A DNA stretch of 64,000 nt from Thermoflexia bacterium (lineage in GTDB: Bacteria; Chloroflexota; Anaerolineae; B4-G1; DUEL01), in the NCBI GenBank assembly GCA_011192125.1, contig DUEL01000005.1, positions 1,512 through 65,511 on the forward strand, read 5' to 3'. Shown in pieces: positions 1 through 8,764 of the stretch. How positions within the stretch are numbered: the first letter of the stretch is position 1; every line of letters begins with the position of its first letter. Under the pieces are notes generated by a model, which worked only from the letters and a program-made list of their open reading frames with translations, was not told where the DNA came from and did no database searches. The position numbers were made by a program, and so were the translations under genes.

Positions 1-2157
1 TACGCTCGCCAGGGCCCTTTCTGGTCCCTCACAGGCAACGCCGGGACCCGGCCAGGCACGAACCTGCTGGGCACCACCGACGGGGTGAGCCTGACCCTGG
101 GCGTGAGTAACACGGTAGGGTGGCGGATGGAGCCGACCAGCGGGACCCCCAACATCATCGGCGGGTACGCAGGCAACGGCCCGATCACCACGACGGTGGG
201 CGTGTTCATCGGCGGAGGCGGGAGGGCAGGAGCAAGCAACGTCGCCGGAGCCGATTATGTGGCCATCGGCGGCGGAGAGCACATCAGCGCGACGGGCTAC
301 GCCGCAACGGTGGCAGGCGGCTCCTGGATCACCGCCACCGGCGACTACGCTGCCATCGGCGGCGGGTTGCATAACACCACCGGTCGGGAGTACGCCACCG
401 TCGGAGGGGGATACAGGAACTCCGCCTCTGGCCCCTACAACACCGTTGCCGGGGGACGGGCCAACACCGCCGCCGACTGGTACAGCACGGTCGGCGGAGG
501 GTTCCACAACACCGCCCAGGGCTACTACGCCACCGTGGGCGGAGGAACTTACAACAGCACCGCAGCCTCGTATGCCACCGTCGGCGGAGGCTACAGCAAC
601 CTGGCCAGCGGCCAATACGCCACCACCCCCGGCGGCTACGATAACACCGCCCAGGGCGACTATTCCTTCGCAGCCGGTTACCGGGCCAGGGCCAACCACC
701 AAGGCTCCTTCGTCTGGGCCGACTCCACCGACGCCGACTTCACCTCCAACGCCACCGACGAGTTCGCCGTGCGGGCATACGGCGGCGTGCGGCTGGTGAC
801 CAACGGCGCGGGGGCAACCGTAGACGGCAACGCGATCTGGCACGAAGGGAACGACGGCTCCGGCTCCGGATTGGACGCTGACACACTGGACGGCTACCAC
901 GCCAGCCAGTTGGGCTCCAGCCACACCCACGATCACAGCTCCCTGACCGGCCTGGCCAACGACGACCATCCCCAGTACTTCCATCTGGACCAGGATGAGA
1001 CGGTGAACGGCCGCCCCGCCTTCAACGGCGGGACCTCCGGCGTCAGCCCGCCTTTTACTGTGGACAGCACCTATCTGGTGGCCAACCTCAACGCCGACCG
1101 GCTGGACGGCTATCACGCCGGCAATAGCAACGGCAACATCCCCCTCAACAACGGGACGCTCAACGCCAACCTCAACGCCGACATGCTGGACGGGCAACAC
1201 GCCAGCGCGTTCGCCAGCGCCTCCCATAGCCACTGGGGCGAGACGTGGACCGGCACTGGCACGGGACTCTCGCTGTCCGGCGGTTCGAGAGGACTCTACG
1301 GCTCCGGCAGCACCTACGGCGTCCACGGCTACTCGACCAGCAGCAACCCGACCTACGCCGGAGTGTACGGGACTGCCTCTGCAGCGCATGGGGTGCTCGG
1401 CGATACCAACGCCGGCGGTCGGGCCGGCGTCAAGGGGATCGGTAACAACGGCACATCCGATTCACCCGCCGGACCGACCGGCATCTGGGGCACCAGCGAC
1501 AGCGGGTACGGCGGGTTCTTCAGCAACTCCAGCACCACCTATCCCGCCCTGTGGGTTCGCAACCAGGGAACAGGAGGAGACCTAATCGTCGCCTACGGCA
1601 CCAGCAGCAGCGACCCCGAGTTCCGCGTGACCAACTCCGGCGACGTCTACGCCGACGGGACCTACTACTGCGGCCAGTCCATCGACGACAACGCCGGCAC
1701 GCTGGATGAGACCGAGCTCTCTCCCTGTCTTGTAGACAGCACACCGGCCGACTTCGCCGAGGTGCTTCCGGCCGAAACGGACCTGGAGCCGGGGGACGTG
1801 CTGGTGATCGGCCCGGATGGGCGGTTGGTCCGCAGTACCACCCCCTACGATCCGGCCGTGGCGGGCGTCTACTCCACGCGCCCCAGTTACGTGGGCGGCG
1901 CGGCCAACCTGGATCAGGCCGGCTTCGCCCCTCTGGCCGTCATGGGGATCGTACCGGTCAAGGCCAGCGCGGAGAACGGCCCCATCAACCCCGGCGACCT
2001 CCTCACCACCTCCTCCACTCCCGGTCACGCGATGAAGGCCAGCCCCGTCACAGTGAACGGCGTCACCTTCTACCCCAGCGGGGTCATCCTCGGCAAGGCG
2101 CTGGAGGGACTGCAGGAAGGAACCGGCACCATCCTGATGCTGGTGATGCTCCAATAG
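1..2157 (+). CDS. Phage tail-fibre-like glycine-rich repeat protein, 5' partial (frame open to window start)
   Basis: No stop in frame from nt 1. YadA-head/Hep_Hag-like repeats (YATVGGG..N.A.G). Three LDG(Y/Q)HAS..HxH repeats resembling the lambda/P2 tail-fibre repeat (LDGQHASAFAS). C-terminal beta-rich domain. Confidence 0.6.
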   Translation, partial: YARQGPFWSLTGNAGTRPGTNLLGTTDGVSLTLGVSNTVGWRMEPTSGTPNIIGGYAGNGPITTTVGVFIGGGGRAGASNVAGADYVAIGGGEHISATGYAATVAGGSWITATGDYAAIGGGLHNTTGREYATVGGGYRNSASGPYNTVAGGRANTAADWYSTVGGGFHNTAQGYYATVGGGTYNSTAASYATVGGGYSNLASGQYATTPGGYDNTAQGDYSFAAGYRARANHQGSFVWADSTDADFTSNATDEFAVRAYGGVRLVTNGAGATVDGNAIWHEGNDGSGSGLDADTLDGYHASQLGSSHTHDHSSLTGLANDDHPQYFHLDQDETVNGRPAFNGGTSGVSPPFTVDSTYLVANLNADRLDGYHAGNSNGNIPLNNGTLNANLNADMLDGQHASAFASASHSHWGETWTGTGTGLSLSGGSRGLYGSGSTYGVHGYSTSSNPTYAGVYGTASAAHGVLGDTNAGGRAGVKGIGNNGTSDSPAGPTGIWGTSDSGYGGFFSNSSTTYPALWVRNQGTGGDLIVAYGTSSSDPEFRVTNSGDVYADGTYYCGQSIDDNAGTLDETELSPCLVDSTPADFAEVLPAETDLEPGDVLVIGPDGRLVRSTTPYDPAVAGVYSTRPSYVGGAANLDQAGFAPLAVMGIVPVKASAENGPINPGDLLTTSSTPGHAMKASPVTVNGVTFYPSGVILGKALEGLQEGTGTILMLVMLQ

Positions 2158-2167
2158 GAGGTGGACG

Positions 2168-2446
2168 ATGAGAAAAACGGTCGTTCTCCTCCTTTTCCTG
2201 GTCCTCCTCACCGTCCCCGCCCTGGCCCAGTCGGGCGGGGGGTACGACCTCTCGTGGTGGACGGTGGACGGAGGCGGGTGGACCTTCAGCACCGGTGGAG
2301 GGTACGCCCTGGGTGGCACCATCGGCCAGGCGGACCCCGGAGAGGCAAGCGGCGGTACTTACACTCTCCTCGGCGGCTTCTGGCCCAGCGGTGCGACCGC
2401 CGGCTCCAAGGTTTACCTCCCCCTGATCCTCCGGAATTTCCCTTGA
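2168..2446 (+). CDS. Small secreted Gly-rich protein with three GG.Y.L..GG internal repeats
   Basis: Signal peptide MRKTVVLLLFLVLLTVPALA. RBS GGAGGTGG 11 nt after the upstream stop, so likely co-transcribed with the tail-fibre-like gene. Confidence 0.5.
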   Translation: MRKTVVLLLFLVLLTVPALAQSGGGYDLSWWTVDGGGWTFSTGGGYALGGTIGQADPGEASGGTYTLLGGFWPSGATAGSKVYLPLILRNFP

Positions 2447-2470
2447 CTCCACCCTAGACAACCCCATCCG

Positions 2471-2506
2471 GCCCTCACCCCACGAGCAGTAACGGGGTGA
2501 GGGCCG
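2471..2506 (+). terminator. Perfect 12-bp stem hairpin after the small secreted protein gene
   Basis: GGCCCTCACCCC-N12-GGGGTGAGGGCC. No clear U-tract. Confidence 0.35.
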
Positions 2507-2585
2507 GAGCAGAGACGCAGAGAGCGCAGAGAACAGATGGGGAAAATGTAGAACCCCGCGCCCTGCGCGCCTCTGCGGTTGCGGG
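2506..2585. repeat. Family-A palindromic intergenic repeat (CAGAGRCRCAGAG ... CTCTGCG)
   Basis: Left arm agcagagacgcagagagcgcagag and right arm cgcgcctctgcggtt. Same architecture as the 11 other copies. Confidence 0.6.
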
Positions 2586-2725
2586 AAACCTGATAGCCCT
2601 ATACCAGACGCCTGCCACTGGAGTTTGGACAAGAGTTCGGACATACCCAATCCGCCCCGCCGTAAACAGGCGGGGCTGGCGGGAAATCGATCCAGCACCG
2701 GCTGAAGAGCCGGTGCTGGACGAGC
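2581..2725 (-). repeat. Family-B two-hairpin repeat element (copy 1 of 3, minus orientation)
   Basis: The reverse complement aligns with 31985-32110 and 36755-36840: CCAGCACCGGCTCTTCAGCCGGTGCTGG ... GATTTCCCGCCAGCCCCGCCTGTTTACGGCGGGGCGGATTGGG. Confidence 0.65.
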
Positions 2726-2782
2726 CGGGAAAGGGTTTCATTGGCGATGTCCGAACTCCTGTCCGAAGGTCAGCTGTCGACC

Positions 2783-2811
2783 TTGACACGCTAAGGGTTC
2801 ACCTGTATACT
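2783..2811 (+). promoter_or_regulatory. Sigma70-like promoter TTGACA-N17-TATACT upstream of the large membrane protein gene
   Basis: Exact -35 consensus and a near-consensus -10 with 17-bp spacing. Confidence 0.45.
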
Positions 2812-2985
2812 GGAACCGGTGGAAGCATTTGGGGAAGTTCCTCTACGACATCTCCTCTGATCTAGAGGCGAACGTAGCCACTTCTCCGCTGTGCACCTCT
2901 CTGCGGTTCCCCGCCCTGGATGCCTCCCAGGCGCCTCTTCGTGAGGGCCATCAGACCGTTCTCGCCACGCTAGGAGGCAAAAGCG

Positions 2986-5900
2986 ATGGACCTCTTCAGT
3001 ACAAGAGCCGGCCGCCTGATCGCCGGTGCTCTGGCGTTGCTGCTGTTAGCGGGTGCCGGATACGCGACCATAGAGGGCGTATCCTTCCTCGGCAATCTGG
3101 AAGACACCCTCTCGAGGCTGGGGGCCGCTCTCGCCAGCCCAGCCAGTCCATCGGAGGGCGAGGGAGCGACTCCCGAGCCGACCGATGAGCCTGCAGAGGC
3201 CCCCACCGAGGAAGAGCCCGAGAGAGTCACTCCCGAGGCAACCGAAGGGGCAAGCGAAGAAACAACCCAGCCAGCCTCTCCCATCCCTACTCCCACCCCG
3301 ATCCCCGAGGACTTTGTGGTGCTCTACCCCGGCGAGGGAGACACCGTAGTCATCGACGCCAACCACCCCGAAATCCAGGTCCGCCTCCTCAGCCGTGAGG
3401 CCGAACTGAAGGGAGTTCGGGTCGAGTTGCTGATCTACCAGGACAAGGCTGGCACTCCATTGAGCCCGGCGCTGACGAGCGTCGCCGTGGCCGAAGGCCT
3501 GACGCTCACCACCACCCAACCTGTCAACGCACTGCTCACCTTTGCTAACCTGCCTCCCTCTGGAGAGTACGGAGGATGGCTGGTGGCGACAGCCACCAAC
3601 GGCCGGACACTCTCCCGGCGCGTCAACATTCTGGTCTCGAACCCTACGGCCGGAGAGGTGATGCTCCTCTACCCCAACCCGACCGGCAGCGACGCGCTCG
3701 TCATCAGCGCCGAGCACCCCGCGGCCCAGATCCGCCTGGTCAACACAGGAATCGTTACGACGAGCGCGAGGGTCCGGCTGACGGTACACCAGCCGAAAGA
3801 AGGCACCCCCCTGAGTCCCGGCCCCGTCGGTACAACGGAAGCCTCCATCGCCGTGCTACCCCCCAACGAACCCACAAACGTGACGATCAGTTTTCAACCT
3901 GAGACGCTGCCTCCCTCCGGGGAGTACGAGGGGTGGCTGGTGATCGAGACGGAGGATGCGGAGCCGCTGACCCAGAAGGTCACGCTGCAGATCTCGCGCC
4001 CCGCCTTTTCGATCCAGCACCGCCTAACCGGGAAAGCCGAGGGGGAACGAGCAATCCTGTTGACGGGCATACGCTGGCTGCCGCTGGCCCCCAGGAGCAT
4101 CACCTGGGAACCCTACCGCATGCGCTTCTGGGAGAAGGACCGTCAGGAGGTTTCCTTCGAGTTCCTCCCCACCGAACTGGTCGATGGGTCCACCGGACAG
4201 GTGGGCTACCTGAACGTCGCGCCTGTCTCCTCCCCCATCGAGGGGGTGACGGAAGTGGACCTGAGCATAGAGGGCGTGCGGTATCCTGGCCTCTATGAGG
4301 GCCTCCTCGTCGTCCGCACAGCTGAGGGCTGGGCCATCGAGGCAATCCACGTCACCGCGAGGGTGTGCGATTTCTATATCTGGCCGTTCCTGGCGATCGT
4401 CATCGGCGCCCTGTCCATCGGCCTTCTACTCCGCGCTGGTCTGCGCGATACCAAGAGCAGCATCCCCTTCCAGAGATACCTTCTCGCGGTCGCCCGACAA
4501 CGCCTGGACGCGGCGTGTGCTGCTTCGCCTCCCACCCGGGTGTGCAAGGACATCGGGCAGAAGTTGGATCAGGTGGAAATGGCGTTAGCCTTCGGGGACG
4601 TGGACCAGGCGCGGGTGTGGCTCGCCGAGGCGATGGAAGCGATCCACAACCTCAAGACCGCCGCCTCTCATATGGCTGCGTTCAAGGCCAAACTGGAAGA
4701 ATCGGAGGCGGAGGGCGAAGGGGATCTGGAAGACGTCCGCCGAAAATACGAGGCCGCCGAGATCTACTTCCAGGCAGGCGACTGGGCCAGCCTGGAGACA
4801 GTCCTGAAGGAAGCGGAGGTAGCGCTTGATCGATCTACCCTGATGGTAGAGTTGGACCTCGACCGCACCGCTCGACTCCTCCAACAAGAGGTGGGGATAC
4901 CCCACATCAGAGGCCGAGTAACCGACCCTTCTGGAGGGGAACGGGTCCTGGAGGACGGGGGAGTCCTGTACACCGATGAAACCGTCGAATTCACCGTATC
5001 CCCAACGGACGACGGGGTGTTTGAATGGGAGGTCTGGTGGGTCCGTCGCTTCTATCCGGACAAGGTAATGGCTCGATCGAAGGAACCGACCAGCACGTTT
5101 ACGCCAACCTTTGAGTGGGCCCCCGTGCACCGCTACCCGCGTGTATGCAAGGTGACGGCCCGCTCCGATGGCGGTCTGCCTCCTTTCATGCTTTCTTTCG
5201 AGATACGCCATCCATTCCGGATCTGGCTGCCGGACACGGTCCGGGCGGGACAGCGAGTGGCCCTGCGGCTACTCCCGGAGCGCGCTGGAGAGAGGCCGCC
5301 CAAAGGGTATCGCTGGTACGTGGATGGAGTGCCTGTCGACTCGCCCCATCTGTTCAAAAAGCCCGGTGAGTACCAGATCACGGCCCGGGCTAAAGGGCGA
5401 CTGCTTGCCGCGACCGTGGTGAGGGTACATCGGAGCCTGGTGGAGATCGCGGCGAAGCGGTACAAGCGGCAAGCCTGTATCGCTATTCTGGCGTGGGCAG
5501 CGGTGGCGGGGGTCATCGGACTGATCTACATCGCAGAGAGGGTCCCCACCTTTGGTCGCTCTTGGCAGGACTACCTCTTGGCGCTGGCGTGGGGTCTGGG
5601 GGTCAGCGCCTCGGTGACCCCCAAAGAGGGTGTAGTGGATGCGATCAAGAAGGCAGTGGGCATCCAACCTCCGGCGAAGGAGACGGTCCCGCTCCTGAAG
5701 GGGAAGACCAAAGCGGAGGCCCAAAGGCTGATCGCCGGGAAGTTCATACCGAAGTGGGAGCCCAAAGAGGCGAAGGAGGACTGGATCGTCGCCGAGCAGC
5801 GACCCTCTGCCGGGACCGCTGCCAAGAAAGGGACCGAGATCACCATCGTCCTTCAGCAGCCCAAGTCCCGCCCCGCCCTCTCCATTACGAAGGTGAATCC

Positions 5901-6150
5901 CACCACGGGGAAAAGAGACGAAAAGGAAGTCAAGGTCACCATCACCGGGTCGGGTTTCGCCCAGGGGGCTACGGCCCGGCTGGAGCGGAAGGACGTGCAA
6001 CCCATTCCGGCCAAGACGGTCCGAATCCTGGACGCAGGGAAGATGGAGTGCGTCTTCGACCTGAAGGGGAGACCCACCGGTGAGTGGGACGTCGTCGTGG
6101 CGATCGGCGATAAGAGCGCGAGGAAGGAAAAGGGCTTCCGGATAACGTGA
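2986..6150 (+). CDS. Large multi-domain membrane protein. It has a signal anchor, an acidic E/P-rich linker, two ~115-aa Ig-like repeats ending PPSGEY.GWLV, two internal TM helices, a PASTA-like domain and an IPT/TIG-like C-terminal domain.
   Basis: Hydrophobic N-terminus; repeated domain pairs; PASTA-like GKTKAEAQRLIAGKF...GTEITIVL; TIG-like TKVNPTTG...VTITGSGF. Confidence 0.55.
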   Translation: MDLFSTRAGRLIAGALALLLLAGAGYATIEGVSFLGNLEDTLSRLGAALASPASPSEGEGATPEPTDEPAEAPTEEEPERVTPEATEGASEETTQPASPIPTPTPIPEDFVVLYPGEGDTVVIDANHPEIQVRLLSREAELKGVRVELLIYQDKAGTPLSPALTSVAVAEGLTLTTTQPVNALLTFANLPPSGEYGGWLVATATNGRTLSRRVNILVSNPTAGEVMLLYPNPTGSDALVISAEHPAAQIRLVNTGIVTTSARVRLTVHQPKEGTPLSPGPVGTTEASIAVLPPNEPTNVTISFQPETLPPSGEYEGWLVIETEDAEPLTQKVTLQISRPAFSIQHRLTGKAEGERAILLTGIRWLPLAPRSITWEPYRMRFWEKDRQEVSFEFLPTELVDGSTGQVGYLNVAPVSSPIEGVTEVDLSIEGVRYPGLYEGLLVVRTAEGWAIEAIHVTARVCDFYIWPFLAIVIGALSIGLLLRAGLRDTKSSIPFQRYLLAVARQRLDAACAASPPTRVCKDIGQKLDQVEMALAFGDVDQARVWLAEAMEAIHNLKTAASHMAAFKAKLEESEAEGEGDLEDVRRKYEAAEIYFQAGDWASLETVLKEAEVALDRSTLMVELDLDRTARLLQQEVGIPHIRGRVTDPSGGERVLEDGGVLYTDETVEFTVSPTDDGVFEWEVWWVRRFYPDKVMARSKEPTSTFTPTFEWAPVHRYPRVCKVTARSDGGLPPFMLSFEIRHPFRIWLPDTVRAGQRVALRLLPERAGERPPKGYRWYVDGVPVDSPHLFKKPGEYQITARAKGRLLAATVVRVHRSLVEIAAKRYKRQACIAILAWAAVAGVIGLIYIAERVPTFGRSWQDYLLALAWGLGVSASVTPKEGVVDAIKKAVGIQPPAKETVPLLKGKTKAEAQRLIAGKFIPKWEPKEAKEDWIVAEQRPSAGTAAKKGTEITIVLQQPKSRPALSITKVNPTTGKRDEKEVKVTITGSGFAQGATARLERKDVQPIPAKTVRILDAGKMECVFDLKGRPTGEWDVVVAIGDKSARKEKGFRIT

Positions 6151-6172
6151 GGATCCCCCACAGACATTGAAG

Positions 6173-6246
6173 TTCACCACAGAGGCGCAGAGGGCGCAGA
6201 CTCCTTACATTTTCTGCGTCCGCGTTCTCCGCGCCTTTGTGGTTCG
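6173..6246. repeat. Family-A palindromic intergenic repeat
   Basis: caccacagaggcgcagagggcgcaga ... tctgcgtccgcgttctccgcgcctttgtggtt. Confidence 0.65.
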
Positions 6247-6301
6247 ACACGCCCCCGTGATCTTGCCCCGAACCCCAAATACAACTCAAGTACTGTTTTG
6301 C

Positions 6302-6330
6302 TTGCGCAAGGCTACCACCTGTGTTATAAT
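6302..6330 (+). promoter_or_regulatory. Putative nusA promoter TTGCGC-N17-TATAAT
   Basis: Consensus -10 with 17-bp spacing to a TTGCGC -35. Confidence 0.4.
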
Positions 6331-6357
6331 GTGTTTAAAGGATATGGGGGTGGTGGA

Positions 6358-6388
6358 AAGTGGGTGCGCGAAGCCCACTTTCTTTAAT
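6358..6388 (+). promoter_or_regulatory. Leader hairpin plus T-tract in the nusA 5'UTR (attenuator-like)
   Basis: AAGTGGG-tgcgcgaag-CCCACTT followed by TCTTTAATAT, 20 nt before the nusA ATG. Confidence 0.35.
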
Positions 6389-6406
6389 ATAGGCGGTGGT
6401 AGCCCG

Positions 6407-8413
6407 ATGAAAAGCGAGTTCATTTTAGCCCTAAACCAAATCTGTGCTGACCGGAACCTATCGCAGGAAGTAGTACTGGAGGCGATCAAGAGCGCCCTTG
6501 TCCGCGCCTACCAGCGGGACACCGGCGCGCCCGCCGGGCAGAACGTCCAGGTGAAGATCGACCTCCGCACGGGAGGCGTCCGCATCTACGCCGAACGACT
6601 CGTCGTCGCCGAGGTCACCGACCCGAAGACGGAGATCTCCCTGGAGGACGCCCGCAAGATCAAGCCGGACGCCGAGGTAGGCGAGCGGATCATGGTCGAA
6701 GACACGCCGGCCAACTTCGGCCGCATCGCCGCCCAGACGGCCCGGCAGGTGATCCTCCAGCGCATCCGGGAAGCGGAGCGGGAGGCCCAGTACAACCACT
6801 TCCGCGAGCAGGAGGGTGAACTGGTCTACGGCACGGTCCAGAGCGTCTCCCCCCATCAGGTGACCCTCCGCCTGGGCCGCACCGAGGCGATCATGCCCCG
6901 CAAGGAACAGGTCCCCGGCGAGCGGTACAACCTCCACGACCGCATCCGGGCCTACGTGCTGGAGGTCCGCAAGACCCCGCGCGGGCCGGAGATCATCGTC
7001 TCCCGTAGCCACAAGAAGATGCTCCGCCGCCTCCTCGAACTGGAGGTGCCGGAGATCGCCAATGGAACGGTGGAGATCAAGGCCATTGCCCGGGAGGCGG
7101 GCTCTCGGTCCAAGGTCGCCGTGGCCGCCCGACAGCCCGGCGTCGACCCCGTGGGCGCCTGCGTGGGCATGCGGGGCATCCGCATCCAGTCCATCGTGAA
7201 AGAACTGGGCGGGGAGAAGGTCGATATCATCGAATGGAGTCCCGACCCCGTCACCTTCATCGCCAAGGCCCTCAGCCCCGCCAAGGTGCTCAGCGTGATG
7301 CTGGAGGAGGATCCCGTGGAGGGGCGGACGGCCAACGTCGTCGTGCCCGACGACCAACTCTCCCTCGCCATCGGGCGAGCCGGGCAGAACGCCCGGTTGG
7401 CCGCCAAACTGACCGGCTGGCGGATCGACATCCAGAGCGTGACCGAGGCCGTCGAGTGGGCGATCCAGAAGATCAACGAGGACCCCGAACTTCTGAACTC
7501 CCTGGGGCCCACGGCCGAACGACTGCCGACGGTGGTCGCCGCGTTGCGCCATCACAAGGAGGAGGGACTCCCCTACAATCTGGAAGAGATGGCCGCAATG
7601 CGAGAGGTCATTGAGGCGGTCCGGCGCCACTACATCTCGATGCGAGACGCCGAGCGGGCTCGCCTGGCCGCCCAGGAAGCGGCCCGACGGGCCGCCCTGG
7701 AGGAGGCCCGCGCCGCCCGCGAGGCCGAGATCCAGGCCGCCAAAGCCCGCATCCCGCCCGCCGCCTACGACATCCCCATCACCGAGATCGGGCTCAGCCA
7801 ACGGGTCCTCGGCCACCTGCAGCGGGGCGGCATCGAGAACGTGGGCCAGTTGATGGAACACCTGGCAGAAGGAGACGAGGGGCTCCTGAAACTGGACGGC
7901 ATCGGTCCCAAGGCCCTCAGCGAGGTCCACAACGCGTTGGATCAACTCGACCTGCCGCCTGCGGAGCCGAAGGAGGAGGTTACCCCGGCTGAGGCGGCTC
8001 CCGTGACCGAGGCCCCGGTCGCCGAGGAGAAGGAGCCTGTCGCCGAAGCCGCTCCTCTGGCTGAACCGCCTGCGCCGCCCGCCGAGGAGGTACCGACGGA
8101 AGCGATTGCACCACCCGTCGAGGAGGCCCCGGCAGAGGCTCCTCCGTCCACTCCCGAGGAGGCCGTCGAGGAGAAACCCGAAGAGGAAGAAGAGGCCCTG
8201 GAGGAGATATGGGAGGAGGTCCTCGAAGAAGAGGAGGAAGAAGAGGAAGAGGTCATCGAAATCCTCCAGCAGAAGAAGAAGCGGCCCAAACGGCCCAAGC
8301 GCCAGTTGGTATACGACGAGGAACTGGGCCGGGTCGTCGCCATCCGGAGACACCGCCGCGGCGAACTGGATGAAGATTGGCTCTTGGAGGAGGATTGGGA
8401 GGATCTGGCGTAG
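6407..8413 (+). CDS. nusA: Transcription termination/antitermination factor NusA with a long C-terminal Pro/Ala/Glu-rich and poly-Glu/Lys tail
   Basis: N-terminal domain, S1 domain and KH domains (GACVGMRGIRIQ, GRAGQNARLAAKLTGW). True start MKSEFILAL at 6407; the tracked ORF at 6167 runs through the repeat element. Confidence 0.9.
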   Translation: MKSEFILALNQICADRNLSQEVVLEAIKSALVRAYQRDTGAPAGQNVQVKIDLRTGGVRIYAERLVVAEVTDPKTEISLEDARKIKPDAEVGERIMVEDTPANFGRIAAQTARQVILQRIREAEREAQYNHFREQEGELVYGTVQSVSPHQVTLRLGRTEAIMPRKEQVPGERYNLHDRIRAYVLEVRKTPRGPEIIVSRSHKKMLRRLLELEVPEIANGTVEIKAIAREAGSRSKVAVAARQPGVDPVGACVGMRGIRIQSIVKELGGEKVDIIEWSPDPVTFIAKALSPAKVLSVMLEEDPVEGRTANVVVPDDQLSLAIGRAGQNARLAAKLTGWRIDIQSVTEAVEWAIQKINEDPELLNSLGPTAERLPTVVAALRHHKEEGLPYNLEEMAAMREVIEAVRRHYISMRDAERARLAAQEAARRAALEEARAAREAEIQAAKARIPPAAYDIPITEIGLSQRVLGHLQRGGIENVGQLMEHLAEGDEGLLKLDGIGPKALSEVHNALDQLDLPPAEPKEEVTPAEAAPVTEAPVAEEKEPVAEAAPLAEPPAPPAEEVPTEAIAPPVEEAPAEAPPSTPEEAVEEKPEEEEEALEEIWEEVLEEEEEEEEEVIEILQQKKKRPKRPKRQLVYDEELGRVVAIRRHRRGELDEDWLLEEDWEDLA

Positions 8414-8764
8414 ATGGCGAAGAAGCAAGGGCGTCGCAGACACGTCCCACACCGGACCTGCGTCGCCTGTCGGACGGTGCGCCCGAAGCGGGAGTTGATC
8501 CGCGTCGTGCGCACCCCCGAGGGGGAGGTCGCGGTAGATGAGCGCGGCAAGCAGAGCGGCCGTGGCGCCTACCTGTGCCCCCAACGGACCTGCTGGGAGC
8601 AGGCCTTGAGACGCCGCGTCCTCGACCGGGCGCTGAAGGTCTCTTTGGACGGGGAGACGATCGCCGCGTTGCGGGCCTACGCCGAGGGCCTGCCGGAGCG
8701 CATCGAATTGGACGAAGAGGACCTGGCTGCGAAGGAGGAAGTGGATGGGAGAGAAGAGGAATAA
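8414..8764 (+). CDS. ylxR: YlxR/RnpM family RNA-binding protein (DUF448)
   Basis: HVPHRTCVACR...GRGAYLCP motif; conserved position between nusA and infB. Confidence 0.8.
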   Translation: MAKKQGRRRHVPHRTCVACRTVRPKRELIRVVRTPEGEVAVDERGKQSGRGAYLCPQRTCWEQALRRRVLDRALKVSLDGETIAALRAYAEGLPERIELDEEDLAAKEEVDGREEE

